Source: Rotaria socialis
Taxonomy: Eukaryota
Length of the DNA: 64,000 nt
Reading direction: 5' to 3'
NCBI GenBank assembly: GCA_905331295.1
Contig: CAJNYD010000223.1
Span: 186,001-250,000, forward strand
The notes beneath the pieces are model-generated. The model did no database searches. It saw nothing but the letters and a program-made list of their open reading frames with translations, and was not told the DNA's origin. Below, piece after piece: positions 26,801-43,333 of this stretch. A program made the translations under genes and the position numbers. Every line of letters starts with the position of its first letter. The first letter of the stretch is position 1.

Positions 26801-28928
26801 TATAACAAGCACGAAAAACTGTCTAAAATTTTCAGAACTAAAATGATTAGAGATTGTTGAATGAATACACGATTGCCGATAGAGCGAAAATTAATAATTA
26901 ATTTTTTATTTGTAGCAGCTCTGAGTTTTCTTTTTCTATGCACGCAGAATTTATTTTACATTAAAACAAATTTTTGATCATGAAACTTGTTTACCAGATA
27001 ATCACGTTTGTATTCTTTTCTTCTGTATGACGCATTTCAAACATGAAAAATTTTCTACACTCTGTTTTATCAAACGGAGCCATGTGTTAACGATATCATG
27101 AAGGTCGAGTGGAAACAGTAATTAACTTCATAGTCTCCACATTGTATGAATTCGTACAAACAAACAAAAAAATATCTGTTTTTAATTTTATAAAATGAGA
27201 AATGCTGAAAGGGAAAAATTCTATTAATAAATCTTATGATATTTGTCAAGAAACAGTCGAATCAGCGTACGCGAAAAAAATTACAATTTAAATAAAATCC
27301 AGCAACATACTGAGTCATAGCATGAAGTCCGGAAAGTCGAATAAAATGCGTTGTTTGAATTTAATAAATATCTATTGAAATGATTGATATTCTCTTGAAA
27401 TCATTAGAATTTTAAACTTCGTAGAGGTTTAACTATTGAATAGTTTCATGAAGAAAATAATCATTTCCAGTGAAATTAATCTAGAACAAATCCAATAAAT
27501 TCTAGCTTTAACTTCATAGAGAATACTTGTGAATTCTAATCTTTTAAGGATTCTTCTACTCTAGAAATCTCTTGAAACGTCCTTAACACAATAATCTAAT
27601 CAATGCATCACTTGATAATATAAACAACAGAACAGTAACCGCTTATGTTTTGCTCGAGAAAGAATTCTTCAATGCCAAATATTCTCCAAGAAAATATCAA
27701 TATTTACATAACAAACTCAGCTCGTTGTAATGCTTATTTGAGGCGCAGCTATGAGGCAATCATCTGTTTCCAGTTGTTAACTATCGGACTTTTCCATTAG
27801 TAATTTTTCTCTTACTATTACTTCATCGTTACATTTCATTCACGTAGATTAATCTATGAATATAAATTGTATTGATTTTAAAGTCAACCTTTAAAATATT
27901 TCATTCTGTTGTGCATCCTAATCCTCTGAAGATTTTATTGCGCGCATTATATCACTTACTTGTCCTTGTTGAAAAGCTTCAATTAAATCTACCAATGTCT
28001 TTCTCGTAATTGGACCATCAATACCTATGTATTTAAGATAAGCAATGAATTAATAATTTATTCATAATATAAAAATTTGCTTACGTGGTCCTCGATAACT
28101 TGACTCAACTGGAATACTATCAGGATTTGTTGATTTTAGCAGCTCTTTTTCTTCTACAAACAATGAAATCGAATATATCTAATTATAAATTTTTTACTCT
28201 GCTATACATTACCTACAGGTAATCCCGCTTTCTGAAGTAATTTCGCAACCGATGGTGACAATGTCTCGGAAGCTTTAAGTAATCTGTCAAACATATCTTT
28301 GAGCTACGTTTTATAAAATAAAATTTAAATTCTAATTTAACACCAAATAAGAACTGATCATTTTCTTGCTAACTTTCGATTCGGTTTGTTCGCTGGCATA
28401 TTCAAGTTTCTCGTGCATTTTCCATGCTGCTTGCTTCTTTAATCTAAGCCGCGCTTGATGTGAACGGAATGCAGCTTGGATTTTTGCTGCGGATTTGTCA
28501 ACTAGAGAAAAAAAAGAAAATTTTCCTTCAAAGTATAGCCATTTACATAATTCTAATTTTTAATAATTCTTCATAAAACTTTTACGACCGTAATTTACGA
28601 CCGAAAACAAGCAATAAAATAATTCGTACCTCCTGCTGAAGGTAAGCGCGTAGCCATTTCGATTCTATCTGATTGATCAGACAGTGATGCTACTTGTGGT
28701 ATGATCTAAAACAAAAAACATTCAATCTTTCCCACAAATTAGAACAGCATTCGACTAATATCTAGACAATTAAATAAATTTCCTTGAAAATTCTTTACGA
28801 CATAAATTCATTTTTTTCCTTTAATATCAAACAAACTAATATATCACATGAAGAATAACGTCTGTTACGAACGATAACCGTTCAGTAGAACAATCAAATC
28901 TTACCTGAGATAACTTCGCGGAGTTCAT
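23809..28928 (-). CDS. PPEF: Ser/Thr phosphatase with EF hands (PPEF/rdgC family), multi-exon
   Basis: IQ motif [17 protein letters not shown] motifs GDLHGQ, GDFVDRG, RGNHE and RSHQ, VFSASNY, and C-terminal EF hand [13 protein letters not shown]. Confidence 0.9.
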
Positions 28929-29679
28929 AGCCGCTTTCTTTTATATTAAAATGATATAAATGACAAAGAGAAAAATAGTAAAAGTGAAACGCAACCATAT
29001 TTTTTCTTTTTCTTTTTCTCTGTCGTATTTACAACGTGATCGGTTCAAGGCAAAGCATTCGCAAAATAAATATGTACGAACCGATAAAATGAAAAATAGA
29101 GAACAAATGGAGCTGATATAAAAGTTAATATATATATATATATTAGTTATTGTTTAGTATGCATAGGTTGCTAACTGTGAGTTGAAGAGTAAAAAAAATC
29201 TCGCCTGTTTTGCGTCCTACTCTTCTTTCCTACCTCATTAAGTGACGCCAACGGAACAGAATGGCGAATGTGGTGCTCGCATTAACCAAACGCATCGAGC
29301 CGATTTCACCACATACACTATATCATCAAGCCAATACAAAGAAGAAAAAAAGAAACATAATGGCTCGAGAAAGAATGATGTCAACCGCAAAAAAAGGCTC
29401 TGAAAAAATGAGAATTTTACTAAATTGATATAAGGAGTTTTTTTTTCTTTTTGCATGTTCATTCAACTTATTTTATTATGCTGAAACAAACACCAATCAG
29501 CGCATATATATATTTATATATGTACACAGCCAAACTAAATAGTATTTTCCTTCTTTTTTTTTCTAACAAAAAACCGAAACCTTCGTCACATCTGTATAAG
29601 GAAAAAGAACAACAAGAAATGTTTATTACAATGTAGTTTACACTTGAATAATACAGCTGAGTGATAACAAAATAAAATT

Positions 29680-30421
29680 TTAAACTTTGATTTTCTTTTT
29701 TGGTGATTCATTATTCGTATCTGATGGCGATCCATTTTCTTCATCACTGGAATCACTACTGCTGCTAGTTGTAGATGTTTCACTGGACGATGACGAAGAG
29801 GACGATGACGAAGACGATGACGAGGAACTCGACGATGATGATGAACTACTTGAGCTTGAATCCGATGAATTGCCATCATCATTATCATTATTATTTTTAT
29901 CAAATTTGATTGTTTGTAAATCATCATTTAATTGTCTGTGAAGAAAAAATAATCTTTATGAATTAAAACTTAAAAAAAGAAATTTCTAAATACTTTTTTC
30001 TCGTTTCATTAGCATTTGTTTCTTCATCTTCTTTACTTTTTTTTAATTGTTTTATACGTTTTTCCAGTAGTTGTGTACGCGATGGTCGTTCAACATATTT
30101 TCTTTTGCCTTTACACTCAAATGTCCAATGGCCTTTTGTTAAACATTTTTGACACTGAGCAACCGTACTTTCTTTTTCAAGACTAAAACAGAAAAAAAAG
30201 AACTCTTATCAAAAATTCACTAGCTGATGCCATTTTCAAGTCTAATGAAATCTTTTCACTGTAGCAAGAAGTAATTTTTCTATTGAGTATTTCCGTTCTT
30301 TTGGTATAGAAATATCTTTCATTAAATTTAAAGAAATACTTTTTGATATATTAAAACTGAAGATCAAATCTTACCGTTCACGCATCAGTGCACGAGGTTT
30401 TCGAGGTGGTATTGAACACAT
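29680..30421 (-). CDS. ZCCHC10: Zinc-knuckle protein ZCCHC10-like; exons approx. 30421-30375, 30183-29994, 29934-29680
   Basis: QCQKCLTKGHWTFECKGKRKYVERPSRT followed by a poly-Ser tail. Confidence 0.85.
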
Positions 30422-30903
30422 CTATAATTTTATATTTCAATCTAAAATTGTAATTAATTGTTTACATTTATATTCTAAAATGAGTAAAACTACACGGCGT
30501 TCTCACTAAGAGATTCATAGTTAGCAAGTTTCGGCACTTCTTTGATAAAATTTTAAAAAATGTAAGGGAGAAATTAGTTTCGATATATTTACAAGATTTT
30601 ATTTGCTAATACAATGCGAGTCATAGTCGTTTGAAATGTTCAGCCCTACACTCATTCTATACCAATTTTATAAAGATTCATTTCGCACCCTTTAATTCAT
30701 TCAAAGATAAAACAGACACATTAAATCTGCTTAAGAGCGACAGTTAGATCTTCAAGTATAAATACCAATTAGTACAACCACTTAAAAGAAACTAGAAATA
30801 CAAAAATTTTATTTGCCCCAGTTCTCCTAGACTCATATGTATGTGTATATTTTTCAATACTTCGATATAGATAAACAAAAGGAAAATGAGATAAACATAG
30901 CTA

Positions 30904-32224
30904 TTATTTTTTTACATCTTTGTAAGCAACAACAAACATTTGGGGTACATCAAACTCGGGTGAGTAGCCACTGTTATAAGATGAATCTTCAAATATGATA
31001 CTATAGCAATCTTTACCCACTCGTGGTATGCTTTCAACAACACCTTTATAGAAACATGATGTCTGAGGATAGAGGGCGAGTACAACAGTACGTGGTAGAA
31101 ATAATGCTTGTGGACATGTTAATGGACACGCACGCCATTGTGGTAACGGTATAATATGTCTTTTATAAATATTATAATAATGTCCTTTGTCGGGTTCTGC
31201 ATCAATATCAACAATATCATATTTTGTTTTGTTCGGATGTACATTTGCTACTTCAGCTAATATCCAATTTTCATCACCATCGTCACTTTCTACAAAACCT
31301 GCTATACGATCACCGACATGGCATACATGATTTGATGCAGCAGGTACGGCACCACAAAGCGGAGGTGGTGAAACATCACTCTAAAGAAGAAAAAAATCAA
31401 TAAAATTCATCAATGAATATTGGCTGTCTCAGTGGTTTTTTTTTGTAATAGAGAAACTTATTAAGACTAAACGATGGGTGAACTACTTTCTTGAACGAAC
31501 ATTCGAGATCAAAATAATGCTTGCCACAAGTACCAAATCGTTAAACTTGATTAGAACTATGTTATGCATAATCTTTACCGAAGCAAATCTAAGTTCTCAG
31601 TCAGTTATAATCGTTAATTTTAGATGTAAAAAAAGACAGGATTCATGAAGGAGATACGAGTTTTTGTTAATCAACAAAAATTTTCAAAGTATCTTTGATA
31701 TTTCATCGGAAACTCACTTTATTTGTATCGTGCTCACTATTTTCGTTTCCATACCAAGTTTTTAAAGCATACGCCATGTGTGAAAGAAGATCAGCTAAAC
31801 CTCGTCGTGTTGTATGACTGCGTGTAGCATCATTATGATGCTTTGAAGCATTTGCAATTTCAATTTGTAATTGCCGAACTTGTGAAATTTTGTCTAGAGC
31901 AGTTTTATACATCTCTATTTCACTTCGAACATTAGTCAATGCTTCGTTTAGATTATTTTTTGGTGATTGAGAACTTGCATTTTCATTTGAGGACGTAGGT
32001 GACTTTGGCTGTTGAATAGAAAGCCACGCATCACGGCTAGTAGTGTAGCACTCTTTTGTTTTTTTCAGATCATCTTGTAATTCAAGTAATAACCTTTGAA
32101 TTTTAAGTTCATTTTGACTAATTACATCTTTGGCTTCGGTTGAGGATGATTGTGTTATACTAGCTGACGATGAGGACGATCTACGAGATGATGAATATTC
32201 GGAATTATTATTTGTACGTGTCAT
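30904..32224 (-). CDS. SGF29: SAGA-associated factor 29 (double Tudor); exons approx. 32224-31718 and 31380-30904
   Basis: N-terminal coiled coil, then PPPLCGAVPA, ENWILAEV, IIPLPQWRACP and VLALYPQTSCFYKGVV. Confidence 0.9.
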
Positions 32225-33390
32225 GACCTTTACATGATTTTCATTCTATCTTTGTGTGTGTATAATTATCTAACAACAACGGAACTGATACAAAATTATT
32301 GATGTGATGGTGTGAACCAATAGTATAATTTGACAAATCTAGATGTCGTGAAACGACAATTGTTATTTGTATTAATATTAATATTCACATATGAAAGAAT
32401 AGCACTAATATGCATGTACAGAAATCAACACACATGATTTGTAAAGAAGAAAAGAAAGAAAGTCACATAAAAAATGAAAAACTACACGATGTGAACGGTT
32501 ATATTTATTTTGTTGAAATTGTTTAAGCTTTCATACGTGCCGACAACGATCGAAAATTAGTACGCAGTCTTAACCAGACGTGTGCCAACATCGTTAAGAC
32601 AATCGCTAATAGACCGACAACAGTTAAAAAATAAAATTTATCGATGAATAATAAATCGAGTAACTTATTGAATAATGACGCTATATTGGAGTTAAAATGG
32701 CTATATCTACCATATCAAAGCTTGAGCAGGTCTTTTGAAGTTTTTTAAGAGCCTAGCATCCCCCAGAACTGAAACAAAATGATCATGAGTGATATTTTGA
32801 TAGCTATTTCTTAAAGAATTGCGAAAGTAAACTGGAAGACGAGCCAGTCGCTTTACAAATATTAAAACAGCTATTTCAATTGCATATCCGTTGATTGATA
32901 GCAATCCGATGGAAATTCGAGTTATAAAATGTTGCAATTGGTGCGACGCTTATTTGGCTAAATGTGGGTAGAATTATAGAGATCTCCACAGTGTACAATA
33001 AAATAATGACTAGTTTTCGTAATAGAAATAGAAGAATTAGGACTATAAATGTTACAATTGATTGTTTGGGTTATTTATTTATGATTTTTTTGTACACTAT
33101 TTTTAAGCAATAAAATTTCATCGTTCTTACATGACATCTATCTTTTGACATACCTGCAACTTTCATATAACATTTGCACAGTGCAAACCACTGAGTGTGT
33201 TTTTATTTTAGTCATGATGACTTAAGTAATTGAAACTAGCGAAGTAATCCGATGACGACGGTGTCGCTAATTTTTTGCGCTTTTCCTGAATATATCCGAT
33301 CTGTTTTGAATTAGAAGACTTACTTACAAAAAATTATTATAAAAAATAACAATTCGTTGTCGTTGTTGTAATTCTCTTTTCCATTTGACA

Positions 33391-36300
33391 ATGGTATGTA
33401 CTAAATAACCAATCAATATTCAAGCAAAAAAACTGACTCATTCATTGGGAAATATTTAGAATAAAAGTTGCAACTTGTATGTGTTTAAGGACACAACTCA
33501 GAAAGTAACAGGGTTCCAAAGAAATTTGGAAAAAAATATATATATAATTAAAAACGATGCAGCCAAACAGTAATCGACCGGTATACATCGTTCAACCATC
33601 AAATATAACTCATTTCAATGTACGACCAACAATAATCACGACTGCCGGTCAACAAGTACAAACACAACAACAGTCGAGTTATCAAATATCAACTGTACGT
33701 CAGCCAATAATGTCTCCACAACCGTCAACACTCTATCAAGTTCAACCTCAACCTCAACCTCGTCTTCTTGGTCCATCACCTGTCTACGCTTCTTTGCAAC
33801 CGCAGCGTTTTGCTTCAACTTCACCAAGACAAATAATAACAACAAATACAAATTTATCACCTAGTCTTCTTACACCTCAACCAGTATCACGTTTGCCTTT
33901 GACGACATCACAGCCAACTACAACGATACTACGACCAAATATAATGGCAATATCAACTTCACCGACAGTAGCATCAATCTCAACATCAATGCCGTCAACA
34001 GCAACAGCAGCAGCAACAGCAGCAGCAGCACAAACGGCAGCTGCAGCAGCTTCGAAAGATGTTTCTGTGAGAGTACCTAAGTAAGTCATACACTCATGAT
34101 CTGTACGTCTATTATTATCAGTAAGATAATTTGATTGTTTTGTCAAACATACACGTTTGCATATAAAAACATGTGGACGATTTGATAGAGAAAAAAAATT
34201 ACAAGGATTCTACTCGTTTATAGTTGAGATAGATCATTGTATGTTTTCCAACAAATTATATTAATAATTCTTCATTCTTTTTTTAGAACTCGAGCTCAAT
34301 ATGGGATTATGGAATTCGCAAGTGGTGTATCAGTTGATGTTAAAGATTGGAAAGCAATAGAAATGAGACGTGAAATAAATCCATACACATATCGTGCACC
34401 AACAAATCTTGATGCTAATGCTTCAGTCTCATCGGGAACAATCACAACGTCACTTGGTCTTGTTTTGCCTAAAACCGGTGCTGGAAGTGAATATGGTCGT
34501 GAACAAAAGGAAGCATTAAAACGAAAACGTTTTGCAACGAAAGGAACAAATGTTGAAGATCTTCCTTGGTTATTAACTGATCGTTCATCAACCGAAAAAA
34601 AATTAAAACATTTTCGAGGATTAAAAAAAGGTGGTGTTACAACTAATTCATCTTATTATGTATTTATTCAAGGCAAAGATGGTTTCGAAGCATATCCTGT
34701 TGAAGATTGGTATGGATTTACACCAACAAATGTTTATAAAACACTTGATTTTGAGGAAGCTGAAAAGCAATATCAAGAACGACACAAACATTTAAGTAAA
34801 TGGTTTATGAAACATCAAGTCGCAAAAGAAAAAGGAGATGATGATAGTATTGAAAACGATGATGAAAAAGGAAGAAAAACAACAACTAAAAGTAAACGTA
34901 GTTTTAAATTACTTGATAATGAAGATTGGATTAATGAAAATGAAGAAGGTAAACAGTCTCGGATCAAACAATAGAAAAAGAATCTAGTTTTTTTTAGAAG
35001 AAGAAGATGATGACGATCGAGATGACAAAGATGATAATGATAAATCAAATAAAAAATCTAAAACAAATAAAAAAAATAATAAAAAGCAACCCGAGGCTTG
35101 GAATTTAAGTGATGACGACGAAGAATCTGAAGCAACGCAATCAAAAGCGAAAAAACCAAAGACGGCTGTTCAACGTCAAACAAGCGAAGATAAAGAAGAT
35201 TCTGATGATGGTGATCATGAATGTAAGAATTAATTGATATAAATCCTTTGTTTCACTGAAAAGCATGTTTTTCTCTTGATTGAAATCGAACAGAATTAAT
35301 TCATTCAAAATAATTATTTCAACACGTTTGCTTTTCATAATTATAATTGCGGAGCCTATTTCAGAGACATAAAATGAAATAACTAATTAATTTCTTTTTT
35401 TACTATTAAAACGATTGATTATTTTATTTTCTTAGGTGATGAAATTGATTATACCAGCGATGAAACATCTGACGACGAAGAAGATGTTAAAGGTACATAG
35501 ATATGATTGCATTTCAATATTCTATTTAATTCTTAATTTTAAGATGGTCATACAGACAAAACATCGGAAAAATATGAAGTCAAAGGTTTGTGTTTTCAAC
35601 TGCAGTTATTCAACAAATTTCGTTTTATCTATTTGTAGGTGTCGATGAGCAAATGAAAACAGTTCCGGATATTGACAAAAAACTTGAACAAATGGATGAT
35701 AATGCAGATGAACTTGATTTCGATGATGACGATGAGGAAGAGGACACTCATGATTTAGGTGAAAGATAAAATTTATATTTAATTATTAAAAAATTATTTA
35801 TGCACTTTTCTTTGTGTTGTAATACTTTAGATGACAACGATGATGAAAATGGTAGAACAGCTGCGGATGATTTATCTGCTGTTACTAAATTACTCAAAAG
35901 TGATGTAGTTAGTAAAGGTTTGCATTGAATTTAGAAACAAAGGAAAGAACAAATTTTATGATATTTTTCCTTAGAAATTGAATCCAGTTCAGATGACGAT
36001 GATCTCGATGATTCAGATGATCCTGATAAAGAAACTATTGTACCTATGGCTGTAAATAGAATTTAAGAGAAAAAAAAACAATCTTAAACTTAATATTTAT
36101 TCTATTTAGACTTCTACGAGTAATCAACCAGCTCCATTGGAACAAATTAAAACCGGTGGGTGTCAAGAAAGAAATAGATCTGTATCCTTGCTTGAGGCAG
36201 AAAGATTTAGATCGTGTCTACTCACAGAAAGATATGATCGTCATCAAAGAGTTTCGATTTCAAATGAAGCTATTAGAGAGATGTTCGTTTTCGTTGAGGC

Positions 36301-36832
36301 TTTCACTACCAAGCAATGAGTGCTAAGTTTACCTAGAGATGAAGTGCGAGATAAGTTTTAGTAAGACTTTCACGAGTATATCAAGTTTCAGATTGATAGC
36401 ATCTCAAATATGTATCATTGATTGTGTGCCCTCCGAGAGATAGAACAATATATGTTTGTCTCTCTAGAAAAAGGTCACAAGAAAGCAAAGGAAGAAGAAA
36501 TGCGAGCCATTAAATCACAAGTTATGTCACTTCCAACTACACCAGCAAACCCCAGGTTAGTGTTATGGTTTATTTGCTGCTGAAAATATTTATTTATTGT
36601 AATGCAATTTAGTGAAACAATTACTGAAGACAAAGTTCGAAGTTTACTTTTACGGAAACAACATATGACATCGAAAGAGTTAATTCAAAACTTTTTACCT
36701 AAAGCAGAAAACTTACGTACAAAAGAAATGAAAGAAGGTATTGTGCAAAAATTAGCCACAATATTAAGGCGTTTAAATATCGAAGAAAAAATGGTCAATG
36801 GTAAAAAATATATTAAACTTAAAACAAGTTAA
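33391..36832 (+). CDS. GTF2F1: TFIIF large subunit (RAP74), multi-exon, with a long low-complexity N-terminal extension (alternative start 33557)
   Basis: VRVPK, GAGSEYGREQKEALKRKRF, PWLL, KKGGVTTNSSYYVF and FEAYPVEDWYGF; acidic linker; C-terminal winged helix (ITEDKVRSLLLRK...MTSKELI). Confidence 0.9.
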
Positions 36833-37081
36833 AAACGATCGATTTTCATCCATCAATACACATTGTTGTTAATGTAAAACCATGATTTTTTTTCTCTTTT
36901 TCTTTGTATGAATAAATTTAGAAACAGAATCGACCAGATAAAGAATAATTATACAGAAGAAAAAAAAAGAGAGAACGATGTTTATCGAATATAGAACACC
37001 AAAAAAAAACAAAAGTAGAAAATTGTCCCGGGTCTTTTTTCAAGCTCCATTAAAGGAATAAGAATAACAATTAATATTTCT

Positions 37082-38553
<1,472 letters not shown>

Positions 38554-38733
38554 ACTTTTTTGTCTGAAAGAAATACAGATGGTATTCAGTATAAGAACAA
38601 AATAGATAGAATTTGGACTTTATGGAACACATCTAACGACCATGATGATGATGATGATGATATTCGCCGAGCGAGCGAATGACAGAAAGAAAGAGAATAA
38701 ATTCATTCTAGAAATAACAATCAATCAATGACC

Positions 38734-38766
<33 letters not shown>

Positions 38767-40536
38767 TCAGAATGAATAATCGGTTAATATCCTCATCAGC
38801 TTGTGATCAATTTAACCAATCATAGTATGAAAATATTTTCTCACTTTAATTATTTCTTATGATATTTGCATAGTAATATGTACCAGCTAGTTTTTAGAAA
38901 AAGTTCATTCTTATTTGGATGTCGCTAGTCGATGAATGCAATTGGAATAAAAAAGTTTATATAAACAAATCGATACGGCAGCGTTTCCGAACAAACAGGA
39001 GCCTAAAATAGAGTAAAAATGGATACTCTTTATCTATTTATTATCAATTATCTATTAGTACTTTATGTTTTAGAGTAAAGTACCACTGCTTAAAATTGTT
39101 TTGAGAAACTAATAAAAAAAGAATAATTTTCTGTCAATTGAAATATTGATGATAAAATCGGTTTGAATCAACGAATGAAACAAAACGTCTTTTGATACAT
39201 CTACAATTCAAGCATGATATACACACATAAGTGGAAGACGAGTGACTTTTGACAGTATGATGAGAAATTAACGAAGTGTAGTTTTATTTTACAAAGTATC
39301 CTTAAGATAATTTGTTTTTATCTGTGAAGTACAAAACACGGTACTTCGCAAAAATTGTAAGTACTTTGGAAAGTTTGGTTTTGCTTGAAGTACTTAATGT
39401 TAGTCCGATTATCTTTTTACGTTGATTTCAAATGATGCTATTAGTTTCAATTCAACAGATAGTAATTATTATCAGTTGTAACAAACCAGCAAACATGCCA
39501 ACATATTCATTCGATTTTCGTTTGCAGATAATATTTTTTTAGTGTCGAACATCAAAATGTGATGTTCTTTGTGGTAAATTGTTAAATATTTTAATAGATA
39601 CCCGGAAATGAGTTGACAACACAAACTCTGCATATATTGAATTATTTTAACTAATTTTAGACTTGTCTGATTATTGACGAACTGGAATAGGAACCAATAG
39701 ATTGAATCTATCAGTTTCATCGATAATCATTCAAAAGGCTTCATCTTTTTATTGATATTAACCGTTTATAGGCGCAGTTTATTTGAACATACAAATCGAG
39801 AAATAAAGAGAAAATAATTTACAATAATTAATAGTGTTACTTAATAGATATCGATAACAATGAATAAAACAACAAAAACAGCTCCTGGTCGTAGATGAAA
39901 AATTAACAAGCCTGTAAGAAAATTTCTGAACTGCCCGAACCTTTGTTGGCGACTGCAAAATCCAGTTTTCTGTCACCATTAAAATTACCAACGGAAACGA
40001 AAAAAGGAAGAGATTCATAACGCATCGAAAATAACTTCACATCTATGAATGATCCATTGTCATATCCGAACAATATATCCATGTTGTTCATGCCATAATT
40101 AGCAACGATAATGTCGACGAATGTGCCATTATTAAAGTCTTCGACTGCAACTGCTTTTGGACGTGATTGGGAACCAATCGGAAATGTCTTTTGACTTAAA
40201 AAAGAACCACTGCCGCACCCAAGAAATACACCAACATTACCACTATCATAATTAGCAACAACAATATCAAGAATGTTGTCACTGTTGAAATCATCAACTG
40301 CAACAGCGATGGGACTAGAGCCAGTTAACAACTTCTTTTGACTAGTAAAAAAATGATTGCCATTTCTAAGAAAAATATCTATGTTGTTTGTTCCCAAATT
40401 GACAACTGCGATATCCATTTGATTATCATTGTTGAAATCTGCAATAGCAAATGATCTAGGTCGAGATACATTACCAGTTATGAGCGTATTTTCTTTAACA
40501 AATGCTTGATTGCTATATCCTAGAATTACACTTACA

Positions 40537-40624
40537 CAGAGACTGGATACTGAGTACAATTAGTAAGTAACAAGTATTTTCACTTGTACTTGCTGTACTT
40601 GTACTTGTACTTGTCCAGTCTCTG
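40537..40624. mobile_element. 88-bp hAT-type MITE
   Basis: Perfect 11-bp TIR CAGAGACTGGA...TCCAGTCTCTG; 8-bp TSD CACTTACA/CAGTTACA (1 mismatch); internal (CTTGTA)n. Removal restores the FG-GAP frame (EYGCSVSVILGY). Confidence 0.85.
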
Positions 40625-43333
40625 CAGTTACACTACAACCATACTCATTGGTGATAATCAAATCCAGTCGGGTGTCGTTATTAAAATCACCAGTGGCTAC
40701 TGTGATTGGTGTGCTACCACTTGAATATGTCATTTGAAGTGCAAATGAGCCATCGCCATATTCCGAGAAGTACGCTTACTGTATATTGTTATCATGATTA
40801 GCGAGAGCAATATCTAAGCTGGTATCGTTGTTAAAATCACTGAGAGCTACAGATATCGTCAATAACCGTGTCGAGTATGATGTTTGACTTGTACAAGAGC
40901 CATTGTCATTTCCAAGAAGTATATATATAGTATTATAAAACGTAGTAGTTACAGTGATATTCAGTCGGTGGTTGTTATTAGAATCACCAACAGCGACTGA
41001 TTCTGGTCAAGTATCAGTTATATATGTCATGCGTTGGGGAAAAGCTCCAGTATCATATGGAACAAGTATATCTATATAATCACAATTATCATATGCAAAA
41101 ACAATTTCAGAATGCCCATCATTATTTAATTCGCCCAAACCAATTGTCACTGGAGCGAAATATAAACTTGCATCATGGCTTGCTTGATTTTCAAACATTC
41201 CGTTTCCCTTTCCCAGTAAAGTAACAAGATTTTTAGTGCCTTGATTGGCCACTATGATATCTAATTGCTTGTTTTGATTGAAGTCATTAAGGGCTACGGA
41301 GTAAGGATGAGACTTTAAACCCGTTGAAAATGTCATCTGCTTTTCAAAACTATCATTTCCATAGCCAAGAAGAACACCTATGCTGTTAGTACCATCATTA
41401 GCAACGACAATATCTCATATTTGTTGAAATAAAAAACGGCAACACTTCTCAAGCGTGCGCCAACACTAGGTGCAAACGTAATTTCATTTTTCATGACTCC
41501 TTTATCATAACGAAGAAGAACACTAACAGTACTCTCTTCATTATTTACGATCACCACATCTGACCGTGTATCACTGTTAAAATCACCGACAGCTAAATGA
41601 TATGGATAAGCTCCAGTTGGAAATGTTGTTTGACTTTGAAAAGGTCCATTACCATATTCGAGCAGTACACTCACAGTATTGCCATCGTAATTGGCAACAA
41701 CGATATCTAAACAGGTATCATTGTTAAAATCACCCACGGCTACACACATTGGAAAGGCGCCAGTTGAATATGCTACTCGGTTTTCCAAGTAGCCATTCCC
41801 AAATTCAAGAAGCACACTAATAGTGTTCTTACCAGGATTAGTGACGACGATGTCATTTCGGTTGTCTTTGTTAAAATCGCCAACAGCTAAATGTTTTGCA
41901 GGGGTGCCAGCTGAATATGTCGCATGCTTTACAAAAGAATCATTACTATATCCCAAAAGTACACTGACAGTGCTGTTACCAGAATTAGTGACTACAGTAT
42001 AAAGTTGCCTGTCGTTGTTAAAACCGCCAACAGCTAAGTAAGATGATTTATTGTCGGTTGCATATATATTGTGTGTCAAAAGTACCATTATCAAATCCGA
42101 AAAGTATACTAACAGTATTGTCATCAAGATTAGCTACAACGATCCACTATTCTATCATTATTAAAGTCCCCAGTAGCACAAGAGGAAGAAGTTTTGCCAG
42201 TGAAAGAGTCAATTTTTGTTGCAAAAGGTCCGTGCGATATCCGAGAAATATACTTATAGTGTTGCCATACTGATTAGTTGTCGCGATGTCCACTACGGTG
42301 TCGTTATTGAAATCACGCACCACACCACAGTTTGGATCACTGCCAATTGCATATTCTGTTTGCATTGGAAAGCCCTCATCATATCCGAGCAGAATATCTA
42401 TCCTGTTTGTGTCATTATTGATGAGAACAATGTTTAAACGATTATCTTTATTTAAGTCACATATAGCGATGGAGATTGAAGAAGAAGATTCAGTCAAATA
42501 CATTATCGAACTTGCAAACGAGCCATTTCCATATCCAAGAAGTATACCTACATTGCTACTACCATTGTTGGTGGCAATGACATCCATTGAGTTGTCCTTA
42601 TTAAAGTCACCAATACCAATTGAATATGGAGAAGCACTATTGAGTAAATAGACCATTTGATTTGTAAATGTTCCGTTGCCTTTCCCCAAGAAACACGCCA
42701 ATACTTTTATTCTCATAGTTAGCAACGACGAGATCTAAGATGAAATCGTTGTTTAAATCGCTCAAGGCAATAGAGTATGAATATGAATTAGAACCAGTTG
42801 AAAGTTGCTTTTGAGTTCCAAAAATACCTTTACCATTTTCAAACATAATACCGGCATTGTTAGTGCCAAAATTGGCAATCGCAAGATCCATACGTTTGTC
42901 CCCATTGAAATCTCCACTAACAACCATGAAAGGGAAAGAATCAAACCTTGTCGAGTATGTGCTTGGATTGGAAAAAGTTCCATTACCATATCCCAAAATA
43001 ACACTGACACTAACACTACGTGTAGCATAATTAGCAGTGACTAAATCTGTTATTGAATCATTTTTGAGATCTGTCGCTTGAATCCAAACAACTCTGGATG
43101 ATTCAGTTGAAAACGCTGTTTGGTTTGCGGAGGATCCATTTTCGTATCCGAAAAGTACAATAATATTGTTTGCATCGAAATTCACAACAGCGATATCCGG
43201 TCGATTATCGTTGTCGAAGTGACCAACGGCGATCATGCACGACTCAGATCCAGAACCCGTCGAGTACGTCAGTGAATGTGTTGAACTGTTCGTACCATAA
43301 CCGTAATAGACAGCTATATTGTCAGCAGCATAA

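Noticed and set aside
30184..30233. Alternative ZCCHC10 start (MASAS)
   Set aside because: Needs a 37-nt intron; the 30421-30375 exon has a canonical gtaag donor and fits the frame.
32706..32970. Possible old MITE (CTACC...GGTAG)
   Set aside because: Termini too degenerate and no TSD.
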